This document shows positions 1 to 10,154 of a stretch of DNA of 64,000 bases, piece after piece. The stretch's first letter is position 1, and each line of letters starts with the position of its first letter. The notes under the pieces were generated by a model. The model made no database searches. It was not told the DNA's origin and was given only the letters and a program-made list of their open reading frames with translations. The position numbers were made by a program, and so were the translations under genes. The DNA comes from Spirochaetia bacterium (GTDB lineage Bacteria; Spirochaetota; Spirochaetia; UBA9216), in assembly GCA_963675665.1 (NCBI GenBank), contig OY776510.1, forward strand, positions 2,432,001 to 2,496,000. The letters are read 5' to 3'.

Positions 1-588
1 AATACTTCCGGCCGCCGGATTCACGTTGGCCGTTGCCGAGAAAGTGCGGGCCGTTCCGTCGGGAACCTCTATTACGGCAGACGTGGCCGTGCCGGCAAGC
101 GATTGCGTTACAGACGTCATATCCGCCCCGCTTATGACCAGGTCAATAGAGCTTATGTTTGCATTGTTGTTGGTTATCGAAACGGTCACTGTAGAGCCTT
201 TGTCGAAACCGGAGACAGGTTCGCCGGCTTCGGATTCTCCGACTTCATTTGTTGAATAAACCAGCAGGTATTCGGCCCCGTCCGGTATCTTCGTGTTTGC
301 CGGAATGGCTACCTCTATCTCTCCCCCGGTTGCAGTTGCTTCGGCTATCGCCGCAGCGCCCGCAAGTTTTTCAGTCGCGCTGCTTCCCCAGTAAACGGTG
401 AAGCCCGTAACATCATAGTCGGATTCAGCGGGCGTGACGGTTAAGGTCCCTGCTATCTCGCCTGAGCCCATATCGGTATCGGTAAAACTGACGGTAATAA
501 ATCCTGTGCCGGGAATTTGGCCGGTGCATGAATAAAAGACAAGAACAGGAAGCACAATTAAAACGAAATGAGTGATAAAACGTTTCAT
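1..588 (-). CDS. Lipoprotein, 3'-partial (runs off window); Thr/Ser/Ala-rich surface protein
   Basis: Not in the ORF track. ATG at 588 with GGAGG RBS; reads MKRFITHFVLIVLPVLVFYSCTGQIPGTGFITVSFTDTD... with a lipobox-like FYS-C; the frame stays open to the window edge. Confidence 0.8.
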   Translation of the reverse strand, partial: MKRFITHFVLIVLPVLVFYSCTGQIPGTGFITVSFTDTDMGSGEIAGTLTVTPAESDYDVTGFTVYWGSSATEKLAGAAAIAEATATGGEIEVAIPANTKIPDGAEYLLVYSTNEVGESEAGEPVSGFDKGSTVTVSITNNNANISSIDLVISGADMTSVTQSLAGTATSAVIEVPDGTARTFSATANVNPAAGSI

Positions 589-729
589 AATAGTCCTCCA
601 GTTAAAAAGGTAGCCCATTGGAACACAGCTGTCAATAATAAAGGAAGGAAACCGGGAATATGGATAACTTTACGGACAAGTATGGTTAACTTACGGTTCT
701 AATTCTTTATCTTTTCTTTATCTTTTTTC

Positions 730-758
730 TTGACAAGTTTTCAAGTATAACTTATTAT
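730..758 (+). promoter_or_regulatory. Sigma70-type promoter for the GntR gene/catabolic cluster
   Basis: TTGACA-N17-TATTAT. Confidence 0.7.
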
Positions 759-806
759 TTACTGGTAGGTACAACATGATGTCCCTATAAGGAGACGATG
801 TAAGTA

Positions 807-1547
807 ATGGAAGATTCAATAGCCGGTGCGCCGGTGCCGCTTTACTACAAGCTTAAAAAAACAATTCTTTCAATGATTGAGAACGGAGAACTTCAGGCGG
901 ATGAGATAATTCCATCCGAACGCGTTCTGCAGGAAACTTATAATATGAGCAGGACCACAGTCAGGAAGGCGATAGATGAACTGGTAAACGAAGGCTTTCT
1001 GTACAAGCGCCACGGCAAGGGGACTTTTGTTAAGGGCAGAAGGTTTGCTCAGGAACTGATAAACCTGACGACGAATACCGAGTCACTTAAAGCGCTCGGT
1101 TTTGATCCCAAATCAAGGGTTATTGAAAGCGGGATTATAGAGCCCAAGAAGGTCATCGCTGAAAATCTGGGCCTGGCTTCCGGAGAAAAGGTTTTTCATA
1201 CGCAGCGGGTTTTCTATGGCGATGATGAGCCAGTCAATTACACCTTTTCCTACATCCCTTATAAACATGTTACAGATATTGAAAAACATGATTTTGCAGT
1301 CGACTCTATCTACGATGCAATTAAAAACGAATACGGGATTAAAATTCTCAGAGTTGAAAGAACGATCGAAGCGGTGCGATCCGCCGAACAGATAGCGCTT
1401 TCTCTGGAGACGGATAAAACCAGTCCTTTACTGAAGGTAACAGGCTGGGTGTTTGCCGGGAGCGGCAAAGATAATTTTATTGTGGAATATTTTGTTACTT
1501 ATTACAGATCGGATAAATCCAAGTTTTTTATCAGCCTGGAATACTGA
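807..1547 (+). CDS. GntR family transcriptional regulator (HutC/UTRA type)
   Basis: N-terminal wHTH (IPSERVLQETYNMSRTTVRKAIDEL...GKGTFV), C-terminal UTRA-like domain, AGGAG RBS. Confidence 0.93.
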   Translation: MEDSIAGAPVPLYYKLKKTILSMIENGELQADEIIPSERVLQETYNMSRTTVRKAIDELVNEGFLYKRHGKGTFVKGRRFAQELINLTTNTESLKALGFDPKSRVIESGIIEPKKVIAENLGLASGEKVFHTQRVFYGDDEPVNYTFSYIPYKHVTDIEKHDFAVDSIYDAIKNEYGIKILRVERTIEAVRSAEQIALSLETDKTSPLLKVTGWVFAGSGKDNFIVEYFVTYYRSDKSKFFISLEY

Positions 1548-1825
1548 TTTGTGTTTTCATTGAAATCAGAACCGGAACCTTGCGGTTCCGCAGGAGATTG
1601 TTGCCTATGACTGAAACGGGTAAAACAGTTTAATTTATATTTAAGAATTTAATTAAAAGTATACTCAAAAAACCGGCTAAAATGCTGCCTCGAGCCTGGA
1701 TTGTATCATTTTTCGGCAGCTAAGACTGAATTGTAAGAATTGTCTCTGATTTTTTGCAAAACCCGATGGTTTTGAAAGCCCGGAAAATATCCGCCAGAAA
1801 TTGCCTCAGGGATGATAAGGGGAAT

Positions 1826-2821
1826 ATGAAAACGAGTAATGAAATAAAGGAAGTATGCATAGGGCATTTAACACTGGATGATGTAGTCAACTATGACGGA
1901 ACTACGATGTTCAATACCGCCGGCGGGGCTGCGTTATACTCCGCAGCCGGGGCAGCGCTATGGTCGGAGCAAGTCGGAATTTTTGCCAAAGTAGGAAGCG
2001 ACTATGCGAAAGATAAAATACAGGAGCTTACCGGTATGGGAATAGATGTACAGGGGCTGAAAAAGGTCGGGTACCCCGGCATAAGCATCTGGGCGCTTTA
2101 TGAAAAAGACGGTGCAAGAAAATTCATTCCCAAGAGTTACTCGGGTGATTACGGGCATCTGGCGCCTGAGCCGGATGATTTTCCCGCGTCATACAGGGAG
2201 CAGGCTGAAGCGGTTCATATTTCACCTATGCCGCTTTCCTGTCAGTTGGAATTTCTCAAAAGCGGCTGGAGCAGGGACAAACTGGTTACTCTCGATCCAC
2301 ACTATGACTGGTGCGGACCTGAATATCATGACGAATGGACGGAAATCTTTCAGCGGGTTCACACTTTTCTTCCGAGTGAAGATGAAATAGTGGATTTGAT
2401 GGACCTGGACGGGAAAAAAGAGAAAATTAATGATTACAAAACGGTAATCGAAAAGATTGCCGCTGCCGGTGTCAGGGTCGTCGCGCTGAAACTGGGCGTA
2501 CGCGGGATACTTGTGTTTGATTCGGTGAAAGATTTGTTTTTCCATGTACCCAGCTGCGCCGGCCGGATTGTTGATGTCACAGGTGCGGGCGATGCATTTG
2601 CCGGCGGGTATCTTGCCGGGCTGTCAAAGGGTGAACCTGCGTTTGAAGCTGCTCTTAAGGGATGTGTTTCCTCATCAGCAGCGCTGGAAGGCTTCGGTGC
2701 GTTCAGCATGCTGCAGCATGCCGACGGAAAAATTGAAAGGCGGCTGGAAACACTCAGAAAAGAGTTTTTCTATAAATACGGAGAGTTGGCAACTCAGTTA
2801 TTTCAGGAGGAATTATCGTGA
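1826..2821 (+). CDS. PfkB/ribokinase-family carbohydrate kinase
   Basis: AGGAALYSA N-terminal motif and DVTGAGDAFAGG signature; start moved to ATG 1826 (AAGGGG RBS). Confidence 0.9.
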   Translation: MKTSNEIKEVCIGHLTLDDVVNYDGTTMFNTAGGAALYSAAGAALWSEQVGIFAKVGSDYAKDKIQELTGMGIDVQGLKKVGYPGISIWALYEKDGARKFIPKSYSGDYGHLAPEPDDFPASYREQAEAVHISPMPLSCQLEFLKSGWSRDKLVTLDPHYDWCGPEYHDEWTEIFQRVHTFLPSEDEIVDLMDLDGKKEKINDYKTVIEKIAAAGVRVVALKLGVRGILVFDSVKDLFFHVPSCAGRIVDVTGAGDAFAGGYLAGLSKGEPAFEAALKGCVSSSAALEGFGAFSMLQHADGKIERRLETLRKEFFYKYGELATQLFQEELS

Positions 2822-3945
2822 CCAATAATATCTGGACTCCGATGCTGGATGAAATCCGGAGTCAGCAGGAATACCTGCTTTCATGTTACAGGGAAGGTCT
2901 TGAACAGGCGGACCGGCTTTTAAAATCGTCTGAAGAAATCAGTATAGATAAAATATACATAACCGGCTGCGGAGATTCGTTCTATGCGGGGACCGTTTGC
3001 AAAATGTTTTTTTCAAAGTATGCCGGTGTTTCCACCGAGGTTTACCAGGCCCTTGAGTTCTCAAGATATATATGGCCGGAAATTGAAGAAAACAGTCTTG
3101 TCGTCGGCATATCCAGTTCGGGAGAGGTTGCAAGAACAATCGAATGCCTGAAGAGGGCAAAAAAAGCAGGAGCCCGGACTGTAGCGATAACAGCCGATCC
3201 GAATAGCAGACTGGCCCGGGCAGCCGATTCCGTTATCGAGGTAAAGATACCTTCATCCTACGGTAAACTGCCGGGTACCAGATCATATATGGGATCCGTT
3301 GCATCTCTGATGGGGCTGGCGGCAGTCATCGGGATAATTAAAGAGTTTATAACCCGCGATGATGCCGTACGTATTGAAAACATAATGGAAAATATTTCCG
3401 GTGCAATTGCTGAAACGATTGAGATTAATCTGACTGAAATCGAATCGATAATAGAAAATGAAAATATCGAACAGATTCAGCTTGCAGGCAGCGGTCCGAA
3501 CCTGGGAACTGCCGAATTCGGTGCCATGAAAATTCTGGAAGCAGCGGGTTTGAATTCATCCGTGCAGGGAACGGAAGAATGGGCACATACCCTTTATTTC
3601 ACTGCAGGAAGAGGCACATGCGTGTTTTTTATTGCTCCTGAAGGAAATTCCTTTGACCGTACAATTGAAATAATACCGGCTGTGAAAACAGTGGACGGAA
3701 CGGCAATTGTAATAACCGAAGAACGTAAAGCCGAAACTTTCAGCAGCGCCGACTACATCCTCAGAATCAGGGGCGTTGCTAATCTTCCGGAAGAATTCAG
3801 CGGCCTGCTTTTCATAATACCGCTTGAGATTCTGGCATATAAACTGGCCGTTTCGCTGAATGCCACGCCGATGGGCTTTGAAGACAATCCGGCAAAAAAG
3901 AAAGAGAATTTCAGGCAGATAAGGGAGTCCAGAATAACCGTATGA
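2818..3945 (+). CDS. Double-SIS-domain phosphosugar isomerase/deglycase (GlmS C-terminal/FrlB-like)
   Basis: GCGDSFYAG, ISSSGE, KILEAAG and EEWAH motifs; no glutaminase domain; overlaps the kinase stop. Confidence 0.88.
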   Translation: MTNNIWTPMLDEIRSQQEYLLSCYREGLEQADRLLKSSEEISIDKIYITGCGDSFYAGTVCKMFFSKYAGVSTEVYQALEFSRYIWPEIEENSLVVGISSSGEVARTIECLKRAKKAGARTVAITADPNSRLARAADSVIEVKIPSSYGKLPGTRSYMGSVASLMGLAAVIGIIKEFITRDDAVRIENIMENISGAIAETIEINLTEIESIIENENIEQIQLAGSGPNLGTAEFGAMKILEAAGLNSSVQGTEEWAHTLYFTAGRGTCVFFIAPEGNSFDRTIEIIPAVKTVDGTAIVITEERKAETFSSADYILRIRGVANLPEEFSGLLFIIPLEILAYKLAVSLNATPMGFEDNPAKKKENFRQIRESRITV

Positions 3946-4751
3946 AAATAAAAAGTGTTTACGCGATGGTCGGGCTTGAACCGCTTCCCGGAACATATAA
4001 CCACCGGGGGAAATGTATTCGTGATATTGCCTTTGCTGCTGTCGCTGAGGCGATAAAGCTTGAGAAAGCCGGTTTCTGCGGCCTGATAATTCAGAATATC
4101 AACGACTTTCCGGGAATGAAGAAAGTCAATCCTGAAATAACTGCTTATATGTCGGTTATCGGAAACGAGATAAGGGCGGCAGTTTCGCCGCAGATGCGTC
4201 TCGGGGTAAGTGTCCTTTGGAATGACGGCGAAGCTGCAGTGGCAGTAGCAGATGCGATTCAGGCCGACTTTGTAAGGCTGAAGGTCTTTATCGGGGCAAT
4301 GGTAAACGCGGAAGGAATAGTTCAGGGGTGCTCCGGAGAGGTTTTGCAGATAAAAAAACGGCTCGGAAGCAGAGTGGAACTCTGGGCTGATATTCTGGAC
4401 CGGACGGGATTTCCTCTCGGAGTTGTGAGCCAGGAAGAAGCGATAGTGCAGGCGATTAAACGCGGCGGCGCAGATGCCGTTATTCTGACCGGAAAAGAAC
4501 CGGAAAGGACCTGTGAAATGCTTGCAGCCGGTAAAAAGAAATTCGGCGATCTGAGAATATTCGCCGGGGGCGGGTGCACTCCCGGAAACCTGATGGAAAT
4601 ACTGAATTATGCAGACGGGGCGATTGTTGCTTCGAGTTTCAAGAAAGACGGAAACATGTACAACGCTATTGATGAAAAAAGGCTGAAAGAGTTTTCAGCC
4701 GCACTTAAAGAGGTACCAGACATATATTCCGGAAATATGTGTAGAAAATAA
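3942..4751 (+). CDS. BtpA/SgcQ family TIM-barrel protein
   Basis: AMVGLEPLPG, IIQNINDFP, GVSVLWND, ADAVILTG and ADGAIVASSFK motifs typical of BtpA. Confidence 0.85.
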   Translation: MKIKSVYAMVGLEPLPGTYNHRGKCIRDIAFAAVAEAIKLEKAGFCGLIIQNINDFPGMKKVNPEITAYMSVIGNEIRAAVSPQMRLGVSVLWNDGEAAVAVADAIQADFVRLKVFIGAMVNAEGIVQGCSGEVLQIKKRLGSRVELWADILDRTGFPLGVVSQEEAIVQAIKRGGADAVILTGKEPERTCEMLAAGKKKFGDLRIFAGGGCTPGNLMEILNYADGAIVASSFKKDGNMYNAIDEKRLKEFSAALKEVPDIYSGNMCRK

Positions 4752-4771
4752 AATTTGAAGGAGTTTGTCAG

Positions 4772-5818
4772 ATGAAAAAGTACAGTGTTTTGATATTAAC
4801 TGTAATCGTATCGATCGTTCTTATTGCCGGCTGCGCAAAAGAATCCTCAATTGAAGACGCCGGATCGGCTGAAAAGACGCCGGCCGGGAATGAACTGAAG
4901 GTAGCGCTTGTTTCGGATGTGGGAGGTGTAAACGACAATTCATTTAACCAGTCGGCATGGGAAGGATTACTCAGGGCTGAGACTGAACTGGGGGTCAATG
5001 TTTCATATGTTGAGTCAATGGACAGAAGCGAGTATTTTCAGAACCTTGAAACAATGCTCGAGAGTGAAAACAACCTGATATGGGGCGTAGGCTATATGAT
5101 GGCGGATGCAATGATAGAAGCCGCTCATACTAACCCGGACCAGAAGTATGCAATTATTGATAAATCATACGGAGATGAAACCCCGGAAAATCTTGTAGGT
5201 GTTGAGTTCAAGGCTGAGCAGGCTGCTTTTCTTGTGGGGTATATAGCCGGGAAAATGACGGAAACAGGAACAGTAGGGTTTATAGGCGGAATAAAGGGCG
5301 CAATCATCGACCAATTTGATTACGGTTACCATGCAGGTGTCCATACTGCAAACCCTGAGGTTAAAGTACTCAGACAGTATGCTAATTCTTTTACCGATAT
5401 AGCGATGGGAAAGGCTATTGCCAATTCAATGTATGAAGATGATGCGGATATTGTTTTTCATGCTGCAGGTCCCGTAGGAGACGGTTTGATTGAATCGGCG
5501 AAGGAAAGGGAAAAATGGGCGATCGGTGTCGACAAGGACCAGAACAGTCTGGCTCCCGACAATGTCCTGACTTCCGCAATGAAAAGAGTGGATAATGCAA
5601 TGTTCAATGTTGTGAAGGATCTGCAGGAAGGTAAGTTCAACGGCGGAAGCTCGGTTGTTTACGGACTTTCGGATGGAGGCGTTGATATAGCGCCGTCTTC
5701 AGATAAACATGTTCCCGCTTCAATACTTGAAGAAGTAGACGCTCTTAAAAAGAAGGTAATCAGCGGCGAAATTGCCGTTCCTTTCAATAAAGAGAGTTAC
5801 ACAGCTTTTATTAAGTAA
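4772..5818 (+). CDS. BMP family (nucleoside) ABC transporter substrate-binding lipoprotein
   Basis: LIAG-C lipobox; DVGGVNDNSFNQSAWEG, AIGVDKDQ and LTSAMKRVD motifs. Confidence 0.93.
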   Translation: MKKYSVLILTVIVSIVLIAGCAKESSIEDAGSAEKTPAGNELKVALVSDVGGVNDNSFNQSAWEGLLRAETELGVNVSYVESMDRSEYFQNLETMLESENNLIWGVGYMMADAMIEAAHTNPDQKYAIIDKSYGDETPENLVGVEFKAEQAAFLVGYIAGKMTETGTVGFIGGIKGAIIDQFDYGYHAGVHTANPEVKVLRQYANSFTDIAMGKAIANSMYEDDADIVFHAAGPVGDGLIESAKEREKWAIGVDKDQNSLAPDNVLTSAMKRVDNAMFNVVKDLQEGKFNGGSSVVYGLSDGGVDIAPSSDKHVPASILEEVDALKKKVISGEIAVPFNKESYTAFIK

Positions 5819-5829
5819 AGTTTTTTAAA

Positions 5830-7422
5830 TTGACGCAGCAGCCTGTATCAAGCAGGCTGCCTGGGTTTATCCGGAGGGAAAAATTGTCCAACAGCGAACG
5901 GGAAGAAGCTGTAGTAGAGATGCGGAATATTACAAAGATGTTCGGCAGTTTTACTGCAAACAATAATATTGATTTCACCCTGAGGAAGGGAGAAGTCCAT
6001 GCTCTTTTAGGGGAAAACGGCGCCGGAAAAACCACATTGATGAATATTCTATATGGGCTGTTGCATCCCGATTCAGGAGAAATATTTATATGTAACAGCA
6101 GGGTTAGAATGAAAAACCCCGCTGTGGCAATAGCTCACGGAATAGGGATGGTTCATCAGCACTTCATGCTGGTCCAGCCTTTCACAGTGACGGAGAATAT
6201 CATTCTCGGGTGTGAGACAACTAAAACGGGCTGGATCCTGGATATTGCCGCCGGAAGGAAAAAGGTCAGGGACCTTTCGGAAAAATACGGGCTTCAGGTA
6301 GATCCTGATGCGAGAATTTGTGATATTACCGTCGGAATGCAGCAGAGGGTAGAGATTCTCAAGGCACTATACCGGGGAGCTGAAATACTAATTCTGGATG
6401 AACCGACGGCTGTTCTTACGCCACAGGAGATCATAGAGCTTCAGAAGATTATGAGAAATCTTACTGCAAACGGCAAGTCGATTATCATAATTACTCATAA
6501 GCTTAAAGAAATTAAACAATCGGCTGATCGCTGTACAATCATCCGGAGAGGTCACTATATAGATACCCTGGATGTATCCGGAGTAACGGAACGTGAACTT
6601 GCATCAAGAATGGTAGGAAGGGAAATAAATTTTTCTATCGATAAAAAGGAATGCAGCAGGGGCAACAGGGTGCTTGAACTCCGGGACCTGGTTCTGTTCA
6701 ATAAACGGAATATCAGGATGCTTAACAATCTGACGCTCGATGTTCATGCAGGAGAAATAGTAGGACTTGCGGGAGTCGACGGAAACGGTCAAAGCGAACT
6801 GATCGAATCTATAATGGGGGTACTGCCGGTATCATCGGGCAGTATTTTCATAAACGGAACCGACATGGCGAATAAAGCCCCCCGAAAGGTGATTGAAAGC
6901 GGAATAGCGAGCATACCGGAAGACCGTCAGAAACGCGGGCTGGTTCTTGAACACTCTGTTTCGGAAAACATGATAATCGAGAATTATTACAGAAAGCCTT
7001 TCTCCAGTAAAGGGCTGCTGGATAAAATTTCCGTGAATAAACATGCACGGGAGCTTATTGAAAGGTTCGACATCAGGCCGGATGATCCGCAGATAAAAGC
7101 AGGCGCTTTATCCGGGGGTAACCAGCAGAAGGTAATAATTGCGCGTGAAGTCTCTAACAATCCTGATTTGTTGATAGCTGCACAGCCTACAAGGGGGCTG
7201 GACGTCGGTGCGATTGAATTTGTTCACAGAACCATTATTGAACAGAGGGACAGGGGGAAAGCTGTTCTTCTTGTATCCTTTGAACTTGATGAGATCCTTC
7301 AGCTATCCGACCGGATAGCTGTAATATACGAAGGCAAGATTACGGGCGTGCTGAATGCACAGAATACTGATGAGAATGAAATAGGCCTGATGATGGCGGG
7401 AGGTGCGCACAATGAAAGCTAA
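5830..7422 (+). CDS. Nucleoside/sugar ABC transporter ATP-binding protein (two NBDs)
   Basis: GENGAGKTT, LDEPT, LSGGNQQK and AAQPTRGLD motifs; the true start may be TTG 5884 or ATG 5920. Confidence 0.92.
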   Translation: MTQQPVSSRLPGFIRREKLSNSEREEAVVEMRNITKMFGSFTANNNIDFTLRKGEVHALLGENGAGKTTLMNILYGLLHPDSGEIFICNSRVRMKNPAVAIAHGIGMVHQHFMLVQPFTVTENIILGCETTKTGWILDIAAGRKKVRDLSEKYGLQVDPDARICDITVGMQQRVEILKALYRGAEILILDEPTAVLTPQEIIELQKIMRNLTANGKSIIIITHKLKEIKQSADRCTIIRRGHYIDTLDVSGVTERELASRMVGREINFSIDKKECSRGNRVLELRDLVLFNKRNIRMLNNLTLDVHAGEIVGLAGVDGNGQSELIESIMGVLPVSSGSIFINGTDMANKAPRKVIESGIASIPEDRQKRGLVLEHSVSENMIIENYYRKPFSSKGLLDKISVNKHARELIERFDIRPDDPQIKAGALSGGNQQKVIIAREVSNNPDLLIAAQPTRGLDVGAIEFVHRTIIEQRDRGKAVLLVSFELDEILQLSDRIAVIYEGKITGVLNAQNTDENEIGLMMAGGAHNES

Positions 7423-8515
7423 TCATTTTATCAGCAGAAAACTTGTTTTTACCCTGATTTCAATTTTTACAGGCTTTTTTGTGGGTGCGGTTGTTCTGCT
7501 TATAATCGGTATAAATCCGTTTACTGCATATTCGATAATGATTAAAGGCTGTTTCGGTAAAACAAAATACCTTGCTTACGTAATAATCAATTCAACCCCG
7601 ATAATCATGACGGGACTTTCGGTTGCATTCGCTTTCAGAACCGGTCTTTTTAATATCGGTGTCGAAGGACAACTGGTTACCGGGGCTATGGCAGCGGCGG
7701 CTGTAGGGGTTTTTATTTCATCCCCGCCTCCTGTTCATGTTCTGCTGGCTATTTCAGCCGCAATTGCCGCGGGTGCCGCCTGGGGAGGCATTGCCGGTGC
7801 TCTGAAGGCAAAATTCGGTATAAATGAAGTTATTTCCTCCATTATGCTTAACTGGATTGCGTTATATCTTAATAATTATTTCGTGTTTTTCGAATCGTTC
7901 AAACGCGTAGACAAGGAAGCATCCAGAAAAATCCTGCAGTCCGCCAGCATCAGGATTCTGGAAGGATGGAAGACTTCAGGTTTCGCCCGCGAATGGCTCG
8001 GAACACACCCTGCTTTGGAGGGCATATTAAGTACGCCCTTTAACTGGGGAATATTTATAGCATTGGCTGCTGCAATCCTGGTCGCCTTCATTCTGAATAA
8101 AACTACCCTGGGTTATGCACTCCGGAGCGTCGGGTTCAATCATCTTGCGGCTGAATACTGCGGAATCAATGTCCACCGGAGCGTACTTATTTCAATGATG
8201 ATATCGGGCGGCATCGCGGGTGCAGCCGGAGCTGTTCATGTTCTCGGGCATACAGGAGAAGTCCTTGTACTGTCGACATCCTACGGTTACGGTTTCGACG
8301 GGATCGCGGTAGCGCTGATAGGCGCCAATACGGCTGCGGGTTCGGTTTTTGCAGGTTTTCTTTTAGGTGCCTTGAAATACGGCGGACAGAAAATTCAGCC
8401 TTTAACAGGGGCGCCTTCCGAAGTGATTCAGATTATTATCGGAACTATTATTTTCTTTACGGCAATTCCGCTGGCCGGAAAATTAAAACTGAAAGGCAGG
8501 AACAGTAATGAATGA
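7412..8515 (+). CDS. Nucleoside ABC transporter permease
   Basis: AFRTGLFNIGVEGQ, INEVISSIMLN and GFDGIAVALIG motifs; ATG 7412 after GGAGG. Confidence 0.92.
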   Translation: MKANHFISRKLVFTLISIFTGFFVGAVVLLIIGINPFTAYSIMIKGCFGKTKYLAYVIINSTPIIMTGLSVAFAFRTGLFNIGVEGQLVTGAMAAAAVGVFISSPPPVHVLLAISAAIAAGAAWGGIAGALKAKFGINEVISSIMLNWIALYLNNYFVFFESFKRVDKEASRKILQSASIRILEGWKTSGFAREWLGTHPALEGILSTPFNWGIFIALAAAILVAFILNKTTLGYALRSVGFNHLAAEYCGINVHRSVLISMMISGGIAGAAGAVHVLGHTGEVLVLSTSYGYGFDGIAVALIGANTAAGSVFAGFLLGALKYGGQKIQPLTGAPSEVIQIIIGTIIFFTAIPLAGKLKLKGRNSNE

Positions 8516-9431
8516 TATCTGGTTAATTGCAGGTATAACACTGATGTATTCTTCTCCGCTGATATTTGCTTCTCTCGGCGGTGTCATTTCGGAGAATTCA
8601 GGAGTGATCAATATAGGTCTGGAAGGGATCATGACGCTTGGTGCATTTGTCGGTGCCGCAGCCTGTTTTTTTTCTCATAATCCCTGGCTCGGGTTTCTTG
8701 CGGCAGGAGCGGCAGGTGCGGCGCTGGCCCTGCTGCATGCTGTTGCATGCATAAGTTTTGAGGCAGACCAGGTTATTTCCGGTATTGCGCTTAATTTTCT
8801 GGGCGGCGGGTTGTCGTTATTCCTGTGCCGTATTTTCTTTAACGGTTCCACCCAGACAAAAACAATAGCGCTCGGTGAAAAAATCAGCAGACCTTTCGAC
8901 GGCTTATTTCCGGAATCAAGATTTTTTGAACTGGTTATCAACCAGTATGCCACTGTCTATATTGCGCTTCTGCTTGTCGTATTGTTATGGTTTCTGCTCT
9001 ACAGAACAAAGCCGGGTTTAAGGATAAGGGCGGTCGGCGAACATCCTAAAGCCGCTGACACCCTCGGCATCAATATTTACAGTATACGATATTTCTGTGT
9101 AATTTTTTCCGGTATTCTGGCAGGGTTCGGCGGAGCATCAATGAGTATTGCAATGGTATCCAGTTTCAGACCGACATTGATTTCCGGCCAGGGGTTTATT
9201 GCGCTTGCTGCTATGATTTTCGGTAAATGGAAACCGCAGGGGGCTTTTCTTGCCTGCCTGCTGTTCGGCTCAACACAGGGACTGGTGGTATACCTCGGAG
9301 GCAGAGGCTTCGATATTTCTGCGCATTTGCTGGCAATACTGCCGTATTTAATAACATTGGTTGTACTGATGGGGTTCGTCGGCAGGGCAGTCGCTCCCGC
9401 TGCTGACGGAATCCCCTACAGAAAAGGGTAG
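8508..9431 (+). CDS. Nucleoside ABC transporter permease
   Basis: SENSGVINIGLEG, RAVGEHPKAADTLG and GFIALAAMIFGKW motifs. Confidence 0.92.
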   Translation: MNDIWLIAGITLMYSSPLIFASLGGVISENSGVINIGLEGIMTLGAFVGAAACFFSHNPWLGFLAAGAAGAALALLHAVACISFEADQVISGIALNFLGGGLSLFLCRIFFNGSTQTKTIALGEKISRPFDGLFPESRFFELVINQYATVYIALLLVVLLWFLLYRTKPGLRIRAVGEHPKAADTLGINIYSIRYFCVIFSGILAGFGGASMSIAMVSSFRPTLISGQGFIALAAMIFGKWKPQGAFLACLLFGSTQGLVVYLGGRGFDISAHLLAILPYLITLVVLMGFVGRAVAPAADGIPYRKG

Positions 9432-9478
9432 ATGTAACGGGGCATCAAGTAATAATTCAGTAATGGAGAAATAATATT

Positions 9479-10144
9479 ATGGAAGAATTTGAAAGGGAAA
9501 TGGCAGCAAGAATAGACCATACGATTCTGAATCCCGATGCAACAGATCTGGATATAAAACGAGTGTGTGAAGAAGCGGTGAAATACGGTTTTTATTCGGT
9601 TTGTGTGAATCCGGTTAATGTTGCAGTGGTCAAAAACCTGCTTGTGGGTTCGGATGTGAAAACATGCACGGTGGTCGGGTTTCCGCTCGGAGCATCCGGG
9701 ACAAGTGTAAAGGTCTTCGAAACCGAAGAGGCAATAGCCGCGGGTGCTGATGAAATAGATATGGTAATAGATATAGGGGCATTTAAAAGCGGGAACAGCG
9801 AAAAGGTTTACACGGATATTGCCGGGGTTGTTAAGGCGGCGGGTAAAAACGCCCTGGTAAAAGTGATAGTCGAAACCTGCCTACTTACAGAAGCGGAGAA
9901 AATCGGCGTTTGCAGGGTAGTCAAAGATGCAGGTGCCGGTTATATTAAAACCTCCACCGGTTTCAGCAGAAAAGGCGCCGAGCTTGAAGATATAAGACTT
10001 ATGCGTGAAATCCTCGGCGGTTCCGTGCTGATAAAAGCCTCCGGCGGTATAGGCGATTACAGTACTGCCTGTGCCATGCTTGCCGCAGGTTCGGACAGGA
10101 TAGGCACGAGCAAGTCCGTAGCTATAGTCAGTAAAGGAAAATAA
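9479..10144 (+). CDS. deoC: Deoxyribose-phosphate aldolase
   Basis: IDHTIL, TVVGFPLGA, GADEIDMV, KTSTGF (Schiff-base Lys), KASGGI and RIGTS motifs. Confidence 0.95.
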   Translation: MEEFEREMAARIDHTILNPDATDLDIKRVCEEAVKYGFYSVCVNPVNVAVVKNLLVGSDVKTCTVVGFPLGASGTSVKVFETEEAIAAGADEIDMVIDIGAFKSGNSEKVYTDIAGVVKAAGKNALVKVIVETCLLTEAEKIGVCRVVKDAGAGYIKTSTGFSRKGAELEDIRLMREILGGSVLIKASGGIGDYSTACAMLAAGSDRIGTSKSVAIVSKGK

Positions 10145-10154
10145 AATTCAGAGT

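Noticed and set aside
26-259. 77-aa plus-strand ORF
   Set aside because: Antisense shadow of the minus-strand lipoprotein gene starting at 588
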